DNA of 64,000 nt from contig CM059425.1 in the NCBI GenBank assembly GCA_030390025.1, forward strand, positions 186,868,001 to 186,932,000, in the 5' to 3' direction. The notes under the pieces are model-generated. The model saw only the letters and a program-made list of their open reading frames with translations, was not told where the DNA came from and did not search any database. Made by a program: the position numbers and the translations under genes. This DNA is from Squalus acanthias. Taxonomy: Eukaryota. Position 1 is the stretch's first letter. Every line of letters begins with the position of its first letter. Below, piece by piece: positions 48,991-61,013 of this stretch.

Positions 48991-51900
48991 TGTTTGCAGT
49001 GTTGTCGGTAGGCATACTTAGTATATTGGTAGCAATATGGAATAATGGAAAATTGCACTTAGGGGTAATATGCTTTAATATCACATAACGTGCTTCTTGT
49101 GTGACATTCTCAATTTGTCACTTCAAATTGCTCCTATTACTTCCATCACCAATGACAGACCTGTAACCACCAGTAATGCACCTTTAGTATGGTAGAGTAC
49201 AAAATGCTGGCCCCCCCCCAAATCAGCAGCAATTCCAGCCGGAAACTAGGCTGGGATCTGGATACTGTTTGCGGCAAAGTTTCTTTAATATCCTGTTGGG
49301 GGCAGATGGCCCGGAGCAGAGATTCCCTACCTCAGAGGTTCCCATGCCCAGGCCTTCAGTGGGGCCTGGTGTTTGGTGGGTGGAGATATGCCTGGTTACC
49401 TGGGGATCCAGGTCGGGATTGTGGCTTGGACCCCAAGGGAATTTTTTTTCTAATTCCATTAATCCAGCCTCCTTACTGTGTTGGGTGGGGGGGAGGGGGG
49501 GTTGGTGGGGGAGGGGGCAGCGGCTATCATCATCTAAATATTACATTAATTGCTGGTAGGTTTAAAGAGTTTCCAGGAGGTCGCAGTTTACACCTGGTTT
49601 GACATCACATTGGGTTTACACTCCATGCGGCATCAAACGTAAGCGTTTGTAACTACCCATCTCATGGAATCTCACTCCACATCTCTCTCTCGAGTCAGCT
49701 TAGGCCCTGCGTCCAGATTTACACTGGAGCAGCACCACTAGAGCAAAACCTCCCACCTTAATGCCAGGAACGTAAAGAGATGCTGCAGCTGCATCTCAAC
49801 ATTCTGTAGCAACCCTAAAGTCCACTCAAATTAACACGTGTGAAACTTCACACACTCGCTTCTTCTCCCAGACAGTGCAGTTGCCTCGCCCCTGGAATTC
49901 TGTCTGTTGTCAGCACAAATTCAAATGCCAGGTTAACTTGAATCTTCTGAAACAGGTTTGCTTTAATATGCATTAAGCAGTAGGAAATATGTTGCTCATT
50001 AGTGCTCCAGTACAATTTTTCCAAATCTTTCTATAGTTCCAGTGGCTGCCTGGCTAAACGTGTGAGACATCGTAACTTGTTAGTTGCCTCTAGTTGCATA
50101 TTACACCACTTACATAAAAAGCTGCTTTTACAGTGTATATTTCAGCAGTCTGATGTTTAAAAAAGGAAAAAATAGAGTGGGACCCTGCATGCTGTTACTT
50201 TTTCACAACATTTAACTGTGAGTATTTGGCATGCCCACCCGCTACCGGTTTACATGTAGAAATTTAGTACTGTGCAATTGGACGCAGAGCCCCATTTTTC
50301 ATCCAGCACGTATATTGCTCAGACAAAAGCACTTTTATCTAAAAATAATTTTGATTTGCTCGCAGTGTGTCTCATATATGTGACGCTGGTGTTGTTTTTT
50401 CTACATATGAGAAACGTTGTAAATTCTCATCTTACGGTACAGATAGTACCTTGTGCAGTCTGTCACTAAAGAAAAACATGTTTTTGTAGTCAGTTCTTGT
50501 TTGCCTTTTTGAAAGCTGGATAGACTTGGCAGACTGCAGTTTTCCATAAAGCTTTATTTGTCTTGACATTATCTAAATACTGAGAAGCATTTACGGTTGT
50601 TTGGTCTGCGAGCTACTAAAGGATTCTTTACTGCACTCGACTGCTAAATTTGTCAGAGCTAACAGATTGAAAGTGTTGAGTGGAGCTCTGACAGGGCCTC
50701 AGTGTACAGTGTTCATGGCTGCAATTTAACAGTGTAATTTTTTATGAGTCCTGTGGTTAAAAAGGCATGGCGGTATGCGGCATGCTTCAGTAAACCCCTA
50801 GCAGTTAAAAAAAAGGTCAGAGGCTGTTTACGTGAGGATGTTTGGAATTCTGGAGCTGGCATAGCTCCTCCAACAATAAGCTGCAGGTCTGCTGGTTTCT
50901 ATGGAAAATCTTCGATTTGGATAAGGTGCTGGCTTGCGAGCCGGGTGTTGATTTATCGTTAGCTGCGTCCATGAGAGAAAAGGTTAATTTGATGCACGGG
51001 TTTTGGCAGCAGGTTCCAATTGATCAAGCCTTTTTTTCCCCTTCTCCGGTCGATTGAACTATCAGCCATTAGACTCATGTTTGATGTGATTCCAAAAGGG
51101 ACAGGGCAGCCTTTAAGTCAGGGGCGAATGTTGCCATTTAAAAAAAAAAGGGGATTTCTTTGCTGAGCTCTCATTTGGATTCTTTTAAGCCATTGGAAAC
51201 AGTTTTTTTTTGCTTATGGTGCTGCAGTATTTTCTTTCATGCACCCATCTCTTCCCTGAAACCTCTTTCTTTGTGCTCTGTGCTGCAGAGCTGAGGAGGA
51301 ACCAATCGGCTTACAGTGCTCCCAGCAGGAGCGAGCCAATGAAGTGGCTTCTTTGGTTTGGAAACGTGAAACCCTGAAGGGAAATGCTTAAACAAAGGCT
51401 TTCACTGCAGACAAATGTTAAGTGTCTTCACTGGTCTTTCGTCTTCACAATTTTATTACAGCAGCTCTGAAAGGACTTGCTTGTCCCTTTCTCCTTTTTA
51501 AAAATAAATTCTAAAGCTTTTTTTTAGGAATTTTTAATGACATGTTTGTGTTTTTTTTTCTGTTACCACAGCTGCACTGCTGCAGTCAGTTGTGATTGGA
51601 ACTAGCAATCTCTTTCTGGGATGGGTTGAGGGAGAGGGAAAAAAACCCTCTGGCGATACAAATGCATTAGTGTTGTAAATATTGTTGACATGTTCAAGAA
51701 TTTAACGCAGCTGAGTGGTCTGCGATACCATAGGTAGTATTGTGAAAGGAGGGGAAAGGCCAAGTAGTTTGAGAATGCCCTCATTTTATAGATTTTCCAG
51801 ATGGGGGATTTATTTTTTTATTGGGGGAGGGGTAGTTGTAGAAAAGCTGATTACAGACACATTACCATTGTACTGTGGTAGTCTGTAGTAGGCCTGTGCT

Positions 51901-53035
51901 ACTTTCTCACCTAGTAAAATGCACCATTGTCACTTAGAGATAAGAACACTAGTGTGTTTAGATTCCTCCCTGCAGTAGCATTTTGTCAGTTCTTTAGGGA
52001 ATTTAATTGCAGGAGTGTTCTGTTTACAGGCCCTTGGGGACCTGAGCTGGGGATGGATGGTTGCTTCCTTCTATGTGACTGCAGTGCAGGCAGGGTGTTT
52101 TGTGGTTTTATTCAGTGTGGATGAAACTGTTGATAACTGAAGGTTACGAAGGTAACCAGTCTAGCTTTGACGTATTGTCCCGATAAGATAGACTTTCTGC
52201 CGAAGATCAAGTTCAAAATATCTCTGTTTTGAAGTAGAAAGGGAAATAAAGGGAAAACCTCACATTGAGAGTAACATATAAATTAGTTCACGTTCCTTAC
52301 TGTATAAGGAGAAATACAGTACACTGGGTTGTCAATGTTTTGAATTTATTTTTAAAATGTATTTTACCCCATATTTCTAAAGATATGAAAATATTGATGA
52401 GAATTGAGTCGGTCCTTGAATTTTTTTCCTTTTTTTGAAGAGAGGCATCTCTCCCCAATGGTTCCTAAGGGAAGAAATTACCACTGAGTGGTGAGGGGAA
52501 TGTGAGAAAAAGCCATAATAAGCAATGATATGTAATTGTAATTGAGTAGACAAAAAATACTGCAGTCACTTTTACTACTGGATGACCGTTGTGCACTACA
52601 GTAAAAACGGCAGAGGAGAGTAAGGGATTTGTGTAAAATTACTCACAGCAAACCAACATTGCATTGTTCAGGCAATGAAGGAAAGCTGATTCAAAGGGGA
52701 ATAGTTCACGTTGAGTGCCGTTTAATCACTCTCCCAGAATTGTGTACAATGGTGCTCACCACATTCAATTTTAAAATCTTAGTTTGAAGAGGGAGTTATT
52801 TTGTGTTGAATTTCATGCAGTAGATACTAGCAATTTGTGCAGAAGATGCTTTCAAATCATTTTACGACTGAGATAGTTGCATTGATTTTGGTTGTGGAAA
52901 AAAACCTTTTGTCTGGCGAGAATTCGGACGACGAGGCAAGGAACTGTGAATGAGAGCATTGGGAAGGCGTTTGATTGACTGATGTAAATCTTTCTGAAAA
53001 GGAAAGGTTGTGTAGTTGATTTCTCCCTCTCCACA

Positions 53036-53217
53036 ACCCCCCGCCCCCGCCGGCCCACACCTCCCAATTCAGCAAGAACCAAACAGGAAAAGTTCACAGA
53101 TTACTCATGGTCAGCTCAGAAAGAGCTTTTTAGTTCTGCAGACTAGCTCAGTGTGTGCTGGCAGCTTGCCAAGCAAAAGCAATTACGTGTAATAATAGCA
53201 AAAATTAAGAGGTGAGT
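53036..53217 (+). promoter_or_regulatory. Candidate internal promoter / alternative first exon
   Basis: GC boxes ccccgcccccgcc (~53038-53050) and consensus donor GAG|GTGAGT at 53211/53212, 256 nt before the 53468 acceptor. Confidence 0.3.
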
Positions 53218-53467
53218 GTTGCCGTTTTACAGCAGGACGTGGCAAGAACTATTTCCTTCTGTCAGCCGTATCTCGATTACACACTAAAAAAAACAATTTC
53301 CTGTTGGTCTTGACTTGAGGTCAGTGAAGCCAGAAAGAGGAAGAATGCAAAACCACAACCTTAGAAAACAAATGTGTATTAAGTGTGGTGTGGAAAAAAA
53401 GTAAAAAGGACTCCTAATGTAAAGGTGATCGTTTTATTATCTTTTCTTTTTCTTGCATCTCCTGCAG

Positions 53468-53555
53468 GTGTTCTGGTGGTAAATGTGACCTGGCGAAATA
53501 AGACATATGTTGGGACACTTTTGGACTGCACAAAACATGACTGGGCACCTCCAAG
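53468..53555 (+). CDS. ZNF608: ZNF608 internal coding exon (88 nt, phase 1 to phase 2), conserved Brakeless-like domain
   Basis: Long polypyrimidine tract, cctgcag|GT acceptor, CCAAG|gtaaac donor. Translates (G)[28 protein letters not shown](R). Phases join exactly to the exons at 16263 and 58514. Absent from the ORF track. Confidence 0.93.
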
Positions 53556-54288
53556 GTAAACCCACTTTGCATGCATTTGAAATCCTCCTGTAGTCTGGGA
53601 TAATTGTGGAACGACTTTTGATTTCTGAAAGAAATCTGAAATTGCCCCAAATTGGAAGAGTTTTATATTACAGAAAATATACCAAATAGGGCAAAATGTG
53701 CCTCCTGCACTTAGATGGTATCAGTTTCTGTGGCTTCAATAGAGCATGATGCTAAGTGTGTGTTCCTGGGATCACAAAGATAAGTAAAGATGACAGAGGC
53801 CATTCAGCCCATCTAGCTCATTCTTCCATAGGAATCTATGATCACCCTATCCGACCATCTGACTGCCTTTTGAATGATGCCAGAGTTTTGGCTCCACTGT
53901 GCTACCTGGAAGATCTTTGCATGAAGAAGTGCTTCCTGACATCAGTCCTGAACTTGCCTTTTCCTAGTTTGTACCTTTGTCTCCCTGTTCTGCAGTCATG
54001 GTTTTACTTGAAGTTGTGCTTAGGACTCACCCTTTTTATTCCATTTAGTAATTTAAATACCTCTATATGGGCCTCTCCCATTTGCCTCCATTGAAGGTTG
54101 ATGAGTCCAAGCTTTTCTTAGCCCTCTGAGACTATAGTTTAGCTTTGCACCTCTTGCATTTGCGCCTCAGTGACCAAAACTGGGCACAGTACACAAGGTG
54201 CAGCCTGACCAGAGCACTATACAGTTCATCATGACAGCCTCTGAATTATACTCTTCCATTTGGCAATCTGGTTTAACATTCTGCTTGT

Positions 54289-57063
54289 AGAACCATAAAT
54301 GGTTACAGCACAGAAGGAGGCCATTCGGCCCGTCATGCCTGTGCCGACTCTCTGCAAGAGCACTTCAGCTAGTCCCACTCCCCCGCCCTTTCCCCGTAGC
54401 CCTGCAATTTTTTTTCCTTCAGATACTTATCCAATTCCCTTTTGAAAGACACAATTGAATCTGCCTCCACCATCCTTTCAGGCAGTGCATTCCAGATCCT
54501 AACCACTCGCTGCATAAAAAAGTTTTTCCTCATGTTGCCTTTGGTTCTTCTGCCAATCACCTTAAATCTGTGTCCTCTGGTTCTCGAACCTTCCACCAAT
54601 GGGAACAGTTTCTCTCTATCTACTCTGTCCAGACCCCTCATGATTTTGAACACCTCTATCAAATCTCCTCTCAACCTTCTCTGCTCTAAGGAGAACAACC
54701 CCAGCTTCTCCAGTCTATCCATGTAACTGAAGTCCCTCATCCCTGGAACCATTCTTGTAAATCTTTTCCGCAACTTCTCTAAGGCCTTCACATCCTTCCT
54801 AAAGTGCGGTGCCCAGAATTGGACACAATACTCCAGTTGAGGCCGAACCAGTGTTTTATAAAGGTTCATCATAACTTCCTTGCTTTTGTATTCTATGCCT
54901 CTATTTATGAAGCCCAGTATCCTGTATGCTTTTTTAACCGCTTTCTCAACCTGCCCTGCCACCTTCAATGATTTGTGCACATATAACCCCAGGTCTCCCT
55001 GTTCATGCACCCCCTTTAGAATTGTACCCTTTAGTTTATATTTCCTCTCCTCGTTCTTCCTACCAAAATGTATCACTTTGCACTTTTCTGTGTTAAATTT
55101 CATCTGCCATGTGTCCACCCATTCCACCAGCCTGTCTGTGTCTTCTTGAAGTCTATCACTATCCTCCTCACTGTTCACTATACTTCCAAGTTTTGTGTCA
55201 TCTGCAAATTTTGAAATTGTGCCCTGTACACCCACGTCTAAGTCATTAATATATATAGAGAAAAGCAGTGGTCCTAGTACTGACCCCTGTGGAAAACCAC
55301 TGTATACCTTCCTCCAGTCCGAAAAACAACCATTCACCTCTACTCTGTTTCCTGTCACTTAGCCAATATCGTATCCATGCTGCCACTGTCCCTTTTATTC
55401 CATGGGCTTCAACTTTGCTGGCAAGCCTATTATGTGGCACTTTATTAAACGTCTTTTGGAAGTCCATGTACACCACATCAACTGCATTTCCCACATCAAC
55501 CCTTTCTGTTCCCTCATCAAAGAACTCAATCAAGTTAGTTAAACACGATTTGCCTTTATCAAATCCGTGCTGGGTTTCCTTAATTAATCCACACTTGTCC
55601 AAGTGACTGTTAATTTTGTCCCTGATTATCGTTTCTAAATGCTTCCCCACTACCGAGGTTAAACTGACTGGCTTGAAGTTGCTGGGTTTATCCTTACACC
55701 CTTTTTTGAACAAGGGTGTAACATTTGCAATTCTCCAGTCCTCTGGCGCTAGCCCCGTATCCAAGGAGGATTGGAAGATTATGGCCAGTACCTCTGCAAT
55801 TTCCACCTTTACTTCCCGTAAAAGATCCCATGGCACTATTTCGAAGAAGAGCAGGGGAGTTATCCCCGGTGTCCTGGCCAATATTTAACCCTCAACCAAC
55901 AAAACAAAAACAGATTATCTGGTCATTATCACATTGCTGTTTGTGGGATCTTGCTGTGCGCAAATTGGCTGCCACGTTTCCCACATTACAACAGCGACTG
56001 CACTTCAAAAGTACTTAATTGACTGTAAAGCGCTTTGGGACGTCTGGTGGTCGTGAAAGGCGCTATATAAATGCAAGTCTTTCTTTCTTTCTCTCTTTTC
56101 TTTCTTTCTTTGCCTTCTCTTTCACTATGACTTTGGCAGCATCTTCTTCCTTGGTAAAGACAGATGCAAAGTACTCATTTAGCAACTCGGCCATGCCCTC
56201 TGCCTCCATGCATATGGTCTCCATTTTGGTCCCTAATCAGCCCCACCCCTCCTCTTACTACCCGTTTACTATTTATATGCCTATAGAAGATTTTTGGATT
56301 CCCTTTTATGTTAGCTGCCAATCCATTCTCATACTCTCTGTTTGCCCCTCTTATTTCCTTTTTCACTTCCCCTCTGAACTTTCTATATTCAGCCTGGTTC
56401 TCACTTGTATTCTCAACCTGACATCTGTCATACGCCCCCTTTTTCTGCTTCATCTTACTCTCTATCTCTTTTCTCATCCAGGGAGCTCTGGCTTTGGTTG
56501 CCCTACCTTTCCCCCTTGTGTGAATGTACCTCAGCTGTACCCGAACCATCTCTTTAAAGGCAGCCCATTGTTCGATTACAGTTTTGCCTGCCAATCTTTG
56601 ATTCCAATTTACCCGGGCCAGATCCATTCTCACGCCACTGAAATTGGCTTTCCTCCTATTAAGTATTTTTACTCTAGATTGCTCCCTTTCCTTTTCCATA
56701 GCTAGTCTAAACCTTATGATTCTGTGATCACTGTACCCTAAATGTTCCCCTACTGACACTTGCTCTACTTGACCCACCTCATTCCCCAGAACCAGATCCA
56801 GCAATGCCTCCTTCCTCGTTGGGCCGGAAACGGACTGATCAAGAAAGTTCTCTTGAATACACTTCAGAAATTCTTCCCCCTCTCTGCCCTCTACACTATT
56901 ACAATCCCAGTCTATTAGGATAGTTGAAGTCCCCCATTATCACAACTCTATAGTTCTTGCACCTCTCTGTAATTTCCCTGCAAATTTGCTCCTCTATATC
57001 CTTCCCACTAGTTGGCGGCCTATAGAATACACCTAGTAGTGTAATGGCACCTCTATTCTTTCT
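54289..57063 (-). mobile_element. Young CR1 (HER1-like) LINE, partial endonuclease to RT to 3' tail, frameshifted
   Basis: GVFYRPP, VIMGDFNYP, LDLVLGN (APE); PEDWRIANVTPLFKKG, YMDFQKTFNKV, PQGSVLGP, KFADD (RT); TSD CTTGT at 54284-54288 and 57064-57068. Confidence 0.93.
55817..56110 (+). mobile_element. 5'-truncated DeuSINE with (TTTC)n tail inside the young CR1
   Basis: cgtaaaagatcccatggcactatttcgaagaagagcagggg...gcgctatataaatgcaagtctttctttc; nearly identical to 14885-15158. Confidence 0.9.
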
Positions 57064-57417
57064 CTTGTGTTGTTGATTGTTGGACTGCAATGATTGTCTA
57101 CTGTCACTCCCAGATTTCTTTCAGTCTCTTTCTCAGCTAGTTCAGTGCCAGTCATTAACCAAGTATGGCTGCCTGTTTTGCAGCAGCTGCCAAAGTGTAT
57201 AACAGTTTTATGTTGTGAGACAGTCCCAACATTGAAACTCATTTGATTTAGGAACTTAACAGTTAACACGGGAATCTTTCATCTGCTCAGTCTGGACTGG
57301 TTTTGAATCCAGTTCCCAGAGTTAAAGAGCCAGAGCGTAATCCACTACCACTCAGTCCCCCATCAGGGTTTGATAGAACTTGGCGACTCGTTTGATGGAT
57401 GTATTCCAGCTTTAAAA

Positions 57418-57576
57418 ATTATAGTATTATTGCCGACCAACCTTCACAAGAAGCAGCTTGCAATCCTATAATTAAAGTTTATCACAAAGATATGTGGCAT
57501 GATGCCTTATGATAAACTTTCATTATAGGATTGTAAACTGCTTCTTGTGTAAGTTGGTCCGCAATAATACTATAAT
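57418..57576. repeat. AT-rich long inverted repeat (~72-bp arms, ~15-nt loop)
   Basis: attatagtattattgccgaccaaccttcacaagaagcagcttgcaatcctataattaaagtttatca vs reverse complement of right arm attatagtattattgcggaccaacttacacaagaagcagtttacaatcctataatgaaagtttatca. Confidence 0.9.
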
Positions 57577-57689
57577 GGCATCTTGCAGGTATTTCACATA
57601 GTACTTCTGAACTTCTTGATTTAAAATTCTATTAAAAGTAACATTTCTATTTCTTAACGGTCTTCATTTTCTTCTGACTTGAGTTCCAA

Positions 57690-58456
57690 CATGGATTTCC
57701 AAAAGGCGTTCGACAAAGTGCCACATAATAGGCTTGGCAGCAAAGTTGAAACTCATGGAATAAAGCCCATGGAATAAAATAAACTTCAAAATTTGAGAAA
57801 GCAGTTGAAAAGGCTTACGGGATCCTGGGCTTCATGAATAGAGGTATAGAGTACAAAAGTGTGGAAATTATGATGAACCTGTATAAAACACTGGTTCGGC
57901 CTCAACTAGAGTATTGTGTCCAATTCTGGGCACCGCACTTTAGGAAGGATGTGAAGGCCTTAGAAAGGGTGCAGAAAAGATTTACAAGAATGATTGCAGG
58001 GATGAGGGACTTCAGTTACGTGGATAGTCTGGAGAAGCTGGGGTTGTTCTCCTTAGAGCAGTGAAGATTGAGAGGAGATTTGATAGAGGTGTTCAAAATC
58101 ATGAGAGGTCTAGACAGAGTAGATAGAGAGAAACTGTTCCCATTGGCAGAAGGGTCGAGAACCAGAGGACACAGATTTAAGGTGATTGGCAAAAGAACCA
58201 AAGGCGACAAAAGAAAAAACTTTTTTACGCAGCGAGTGGTTATGATCTGGAATGCACTGCCTGAAAGGGTGGTGGAGGCAGATTCAATCGTGGCTTTCAA
58301 AAGGGTGTTGGATAAGTACCTGAAGGGAAAAATTTGCAGGGCTACGGGGAAAGGGCGGGGGAGTGGGACTAGCTGAAGTGCTCTTGCAGAGAACGGAACG
58401 GGCTCGACGGGCCGAATGGCCTCCTTCCGTGCTGTAACCATTCAATGATTCTGTGA
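57690..58456 (+). mobile_element. CR1 3' fragment (same subfamily as 54289-57063) with an internal RT deletion
   Basis: MDFQKAFDKVPHNRL, then a jump to [34 protein letters not shown]; tail gggccgaatggcctccttccgtgctgtaaccattcaatgattctgtga. Confidence 0.92.
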
Positions 58457-58513
58457 ACATATACAAACCAGTTCATGCTGATAATAATTTGAAATGTAAT
58501 TTATATTCCACAG

Positions 58514-61013
58514 ATTTTGTGAATCGCCCACAAGTGACCTTGAAATGCGAGCCAGCCGAGGCCGAGGGAAAAGGGCGCGGTCTGTTGCTAATGCTCCGAT
58601 GAACGACGCCAGTTTTACGGAGTCCAGGGGCATGCAAAGCAAGAACAGAGGTGGTGCCAATGGGAAAGGGCGCCGGGGAAGTCTTAACTCGAGTGGACGC
58701 AGGACACCCCCTAATTGTACCATGGAAGATATGAAAACCAGCCCCTCACCCATCAACAAAAGGAAGAACAAGCCTTCCATGGAGCTGGATCTAAACTCCA
58801 GTTCTGAGGACACCAAGTCTGGGAAGAGGGTCCGCACAAATTCCAGGAGCACTCCAACCACGCCGCAGGGGAAGCCCGAGCCTACTTTTGTGGATCAAGG
58901 CTGCTCTTCCCCAGTATTGATTGACTGTCCCCATCCAAACTGTAGTAAGAAGTACAAGCACATCAATGGTTTGCGTTACCACCAGGCTCATGCACATTTA
59001 GACCCTGAGAATAAACTGGAATTTGAGCCGGACATTGAAGACAAGATGTCAGATTGCGAAGAGGCTTTGAATAATGTGGCAATTAGTGTTGAATCTGCTG
59101 AGCCAGGAAACGGCATATTGCTTTCTGGTGGTGGACTGAGTTACGATCAGATAAAAGCACCTCCATCACCGATCTCGGTAAGCACCCCAGGCACACCAAA
59201 GGGCCGCAAGGACTTGGCTAACAGTGCTCAGAGCCCAATAGTCAACTCTAAATCTGGGAAGAACGCTAGTAAAAAGAAAGGTCTTAACAGTGATCTAAAT
59301 AACCTTCCTGTGATTTCCAATATGACTGCTGCTTTAGAAAGTTGCTCAGTTCCTGATGGTGGCTCTGCTTCAGAAATGCCCAAACTTGAAGTAGAAGGGG
59401 TGATAGATAAGAAAAACATGGGTGACAAAGAAAAGGGCAAAAAGAACAGCAATGGAAAAGTGGATAAAACTTTATCAAAGCCTAAGACAACTAGACCAAT
59501 TGCCCCTGCCCCTCCCCCACCACAGTTGATTGCTATTCCCACTGCAACATTCACAACCACCACTGCAGGAACAATACCAGGGCTACCCTCTCTTACTACA
59601 ACAGTTGTCCAGGCAACACCAAAGAGCCCACCACTGAAACCTATTCAACCAAAGCCTACAATTATGGGAGAACCTAGTACGGTAAACCCAGCCCTGTCCT
59701 CACTCAAGGATAAAAAGAAGAAAGAGAAGCGAAAGCTGAAAGACAAAGAGGGCAAAGAGACAGTAAGCCCAAAGATGGACTCTAAGCAAGGGAAACCTGA
59801 GGATTTAAAGGCTTCTGCAAAAGAGCTGGCTGCACATTTTTTAAAAGAGCACCTCAATAAGAATGAAGTGCTCGTGAACGGTTTATGTGACTCTCAGGAG
59901 AGCAGAATGGCCAGCATAAAAGCCGAGGCTGATAAGGTTTACACATTCACAGACAATGCACCCAGCCCTTCTATCGGGAGTGCCTGTAGGCTGGAATGCA
60001 GCAGTCTGGTTAACGGACAATCTCCCATGACGCCGTTGCACGTTTTAACACAAAATGGTGGCGATGGGACTGCTACCAAAACAAACAGCCCAGCTTACTC
60101 GGACATTTCTGACGCTGCTGACGATGGAGGCTCTGACGGCAGGTCAGAGGGCCTACGGTCAAAGACTAATTCTCCTGCAGATACAATTTCCTCCAAGGAG
60201 ACTGTTGTAAAAACTCACTCCTCCGCCTCTTCTCAGCCAGCACAAAACAAAGAGACTCATTCACCTTTTTACCATGGTTACGAGCCTTACTATTCCCCTA
60301 ATTACATGCACCCTAGTCAAGTCAGTAGCACCACGACTGGGAACACTTCCGCATCCCAGAGCATCAAAGTGAAAAAAGAGGTAGAGGAAGAGACTGAGAA
60401 AAAGGACAAGGTGGAGGTTTTGGATGTTAAGAAAAGTGACACAAGTACAGTAAATGTTCAGGCTCAGCACCAATCTGTTATTACACAGAGACACCCAGCA
60501 CTTGCCCAGTCGCTCTATTATGGACAATATGCATATGGCCTATGTTACGTTGACCAGAAGTCAATAATGACAAATCCTTCTTACAGACAACAGTATGAAA
60601 AGTTTTATGAGGAGCAGCGGTTTGCAGAGCAGAAACTGCAGCAGATGGGGAGAGACAGTGAAAGAAAAGGGGAAGGGCAGCAAAAGGAACTGGGAAAAGA
60701 GGAACTAAAACAGAAAAATATTCCGACTGCTACAATTTCAAAAGCCCCTTCCACCCCAGAGCCAAACAAAAGCAGCACAAAAGCTAAGGATGCTTTCTTG
60801 CTGTTAGATTCCTCAAAGTCCGGGATCCCTAACAAACTAGATGAGGTTGTGAAATCACAGCTTCAGCCAGTGCAACAGCAACAACTGACAATTGATGGGT
60901 TTAAAGCCAAACAAATGGAGAATCACCAGCTCATCAAGGAGGCAGTGGAAATGAAGTCTGTTATGGACTCTATGAAACAGACAGGAGTGGATCCCACCAT
61001 GCGCTTCAAACAG
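58514..61013 (+). CDS. ZNF608: ZNF608 large internal exon (2500 nt) with C2H2 zinc finger
   Basis: ttccacag|A acceptor gives (R)[12 protein letters not shown]..., continuous with the 833-aa ORF 58545-61046. Donor AAACAG|gtacct after ...DPTMRFKQ. Family motifs: [71 protein letters not shown]. Confidence 0.93.
58926..58997 (+). other. Single C2H2 zinc finger (C-x4-C-x12-H-x4-H) of ZNF608
   Basis: [24 protein letters not shown] read in frame. Confidence 0.88.

Larger units (their letters stand above)
53770..57250 (-). mobile_element. Old CR1 relic (53770-54288 and 57064-57250) split by a younger CR1
   Basis: Tail gaggccattcagcccatc; gaagaagtgcttcctgac; ccaaaactgggcacagtac (YCAQFW); the distal part reads QMSFNV..VIHFG..ERNLGVTVDN. 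Confidence 0.68.

Noticed and set aside
55246-55881. Chimeric 211-aa ORF with a novel N-terminus
   Set aside because: The N-terminus is antisense SINE sequence abutting CR1 ORF2 by chance; the C-terminus is frameshifted.
16011-61013. Assignment to ZNF609 instead of ZNF608
   Set aside because: [31 protein letters not shown] and [15 protein letters not shown] match my recollection of ZNF608 better; reciprocal BLAST and synteny would settle it.
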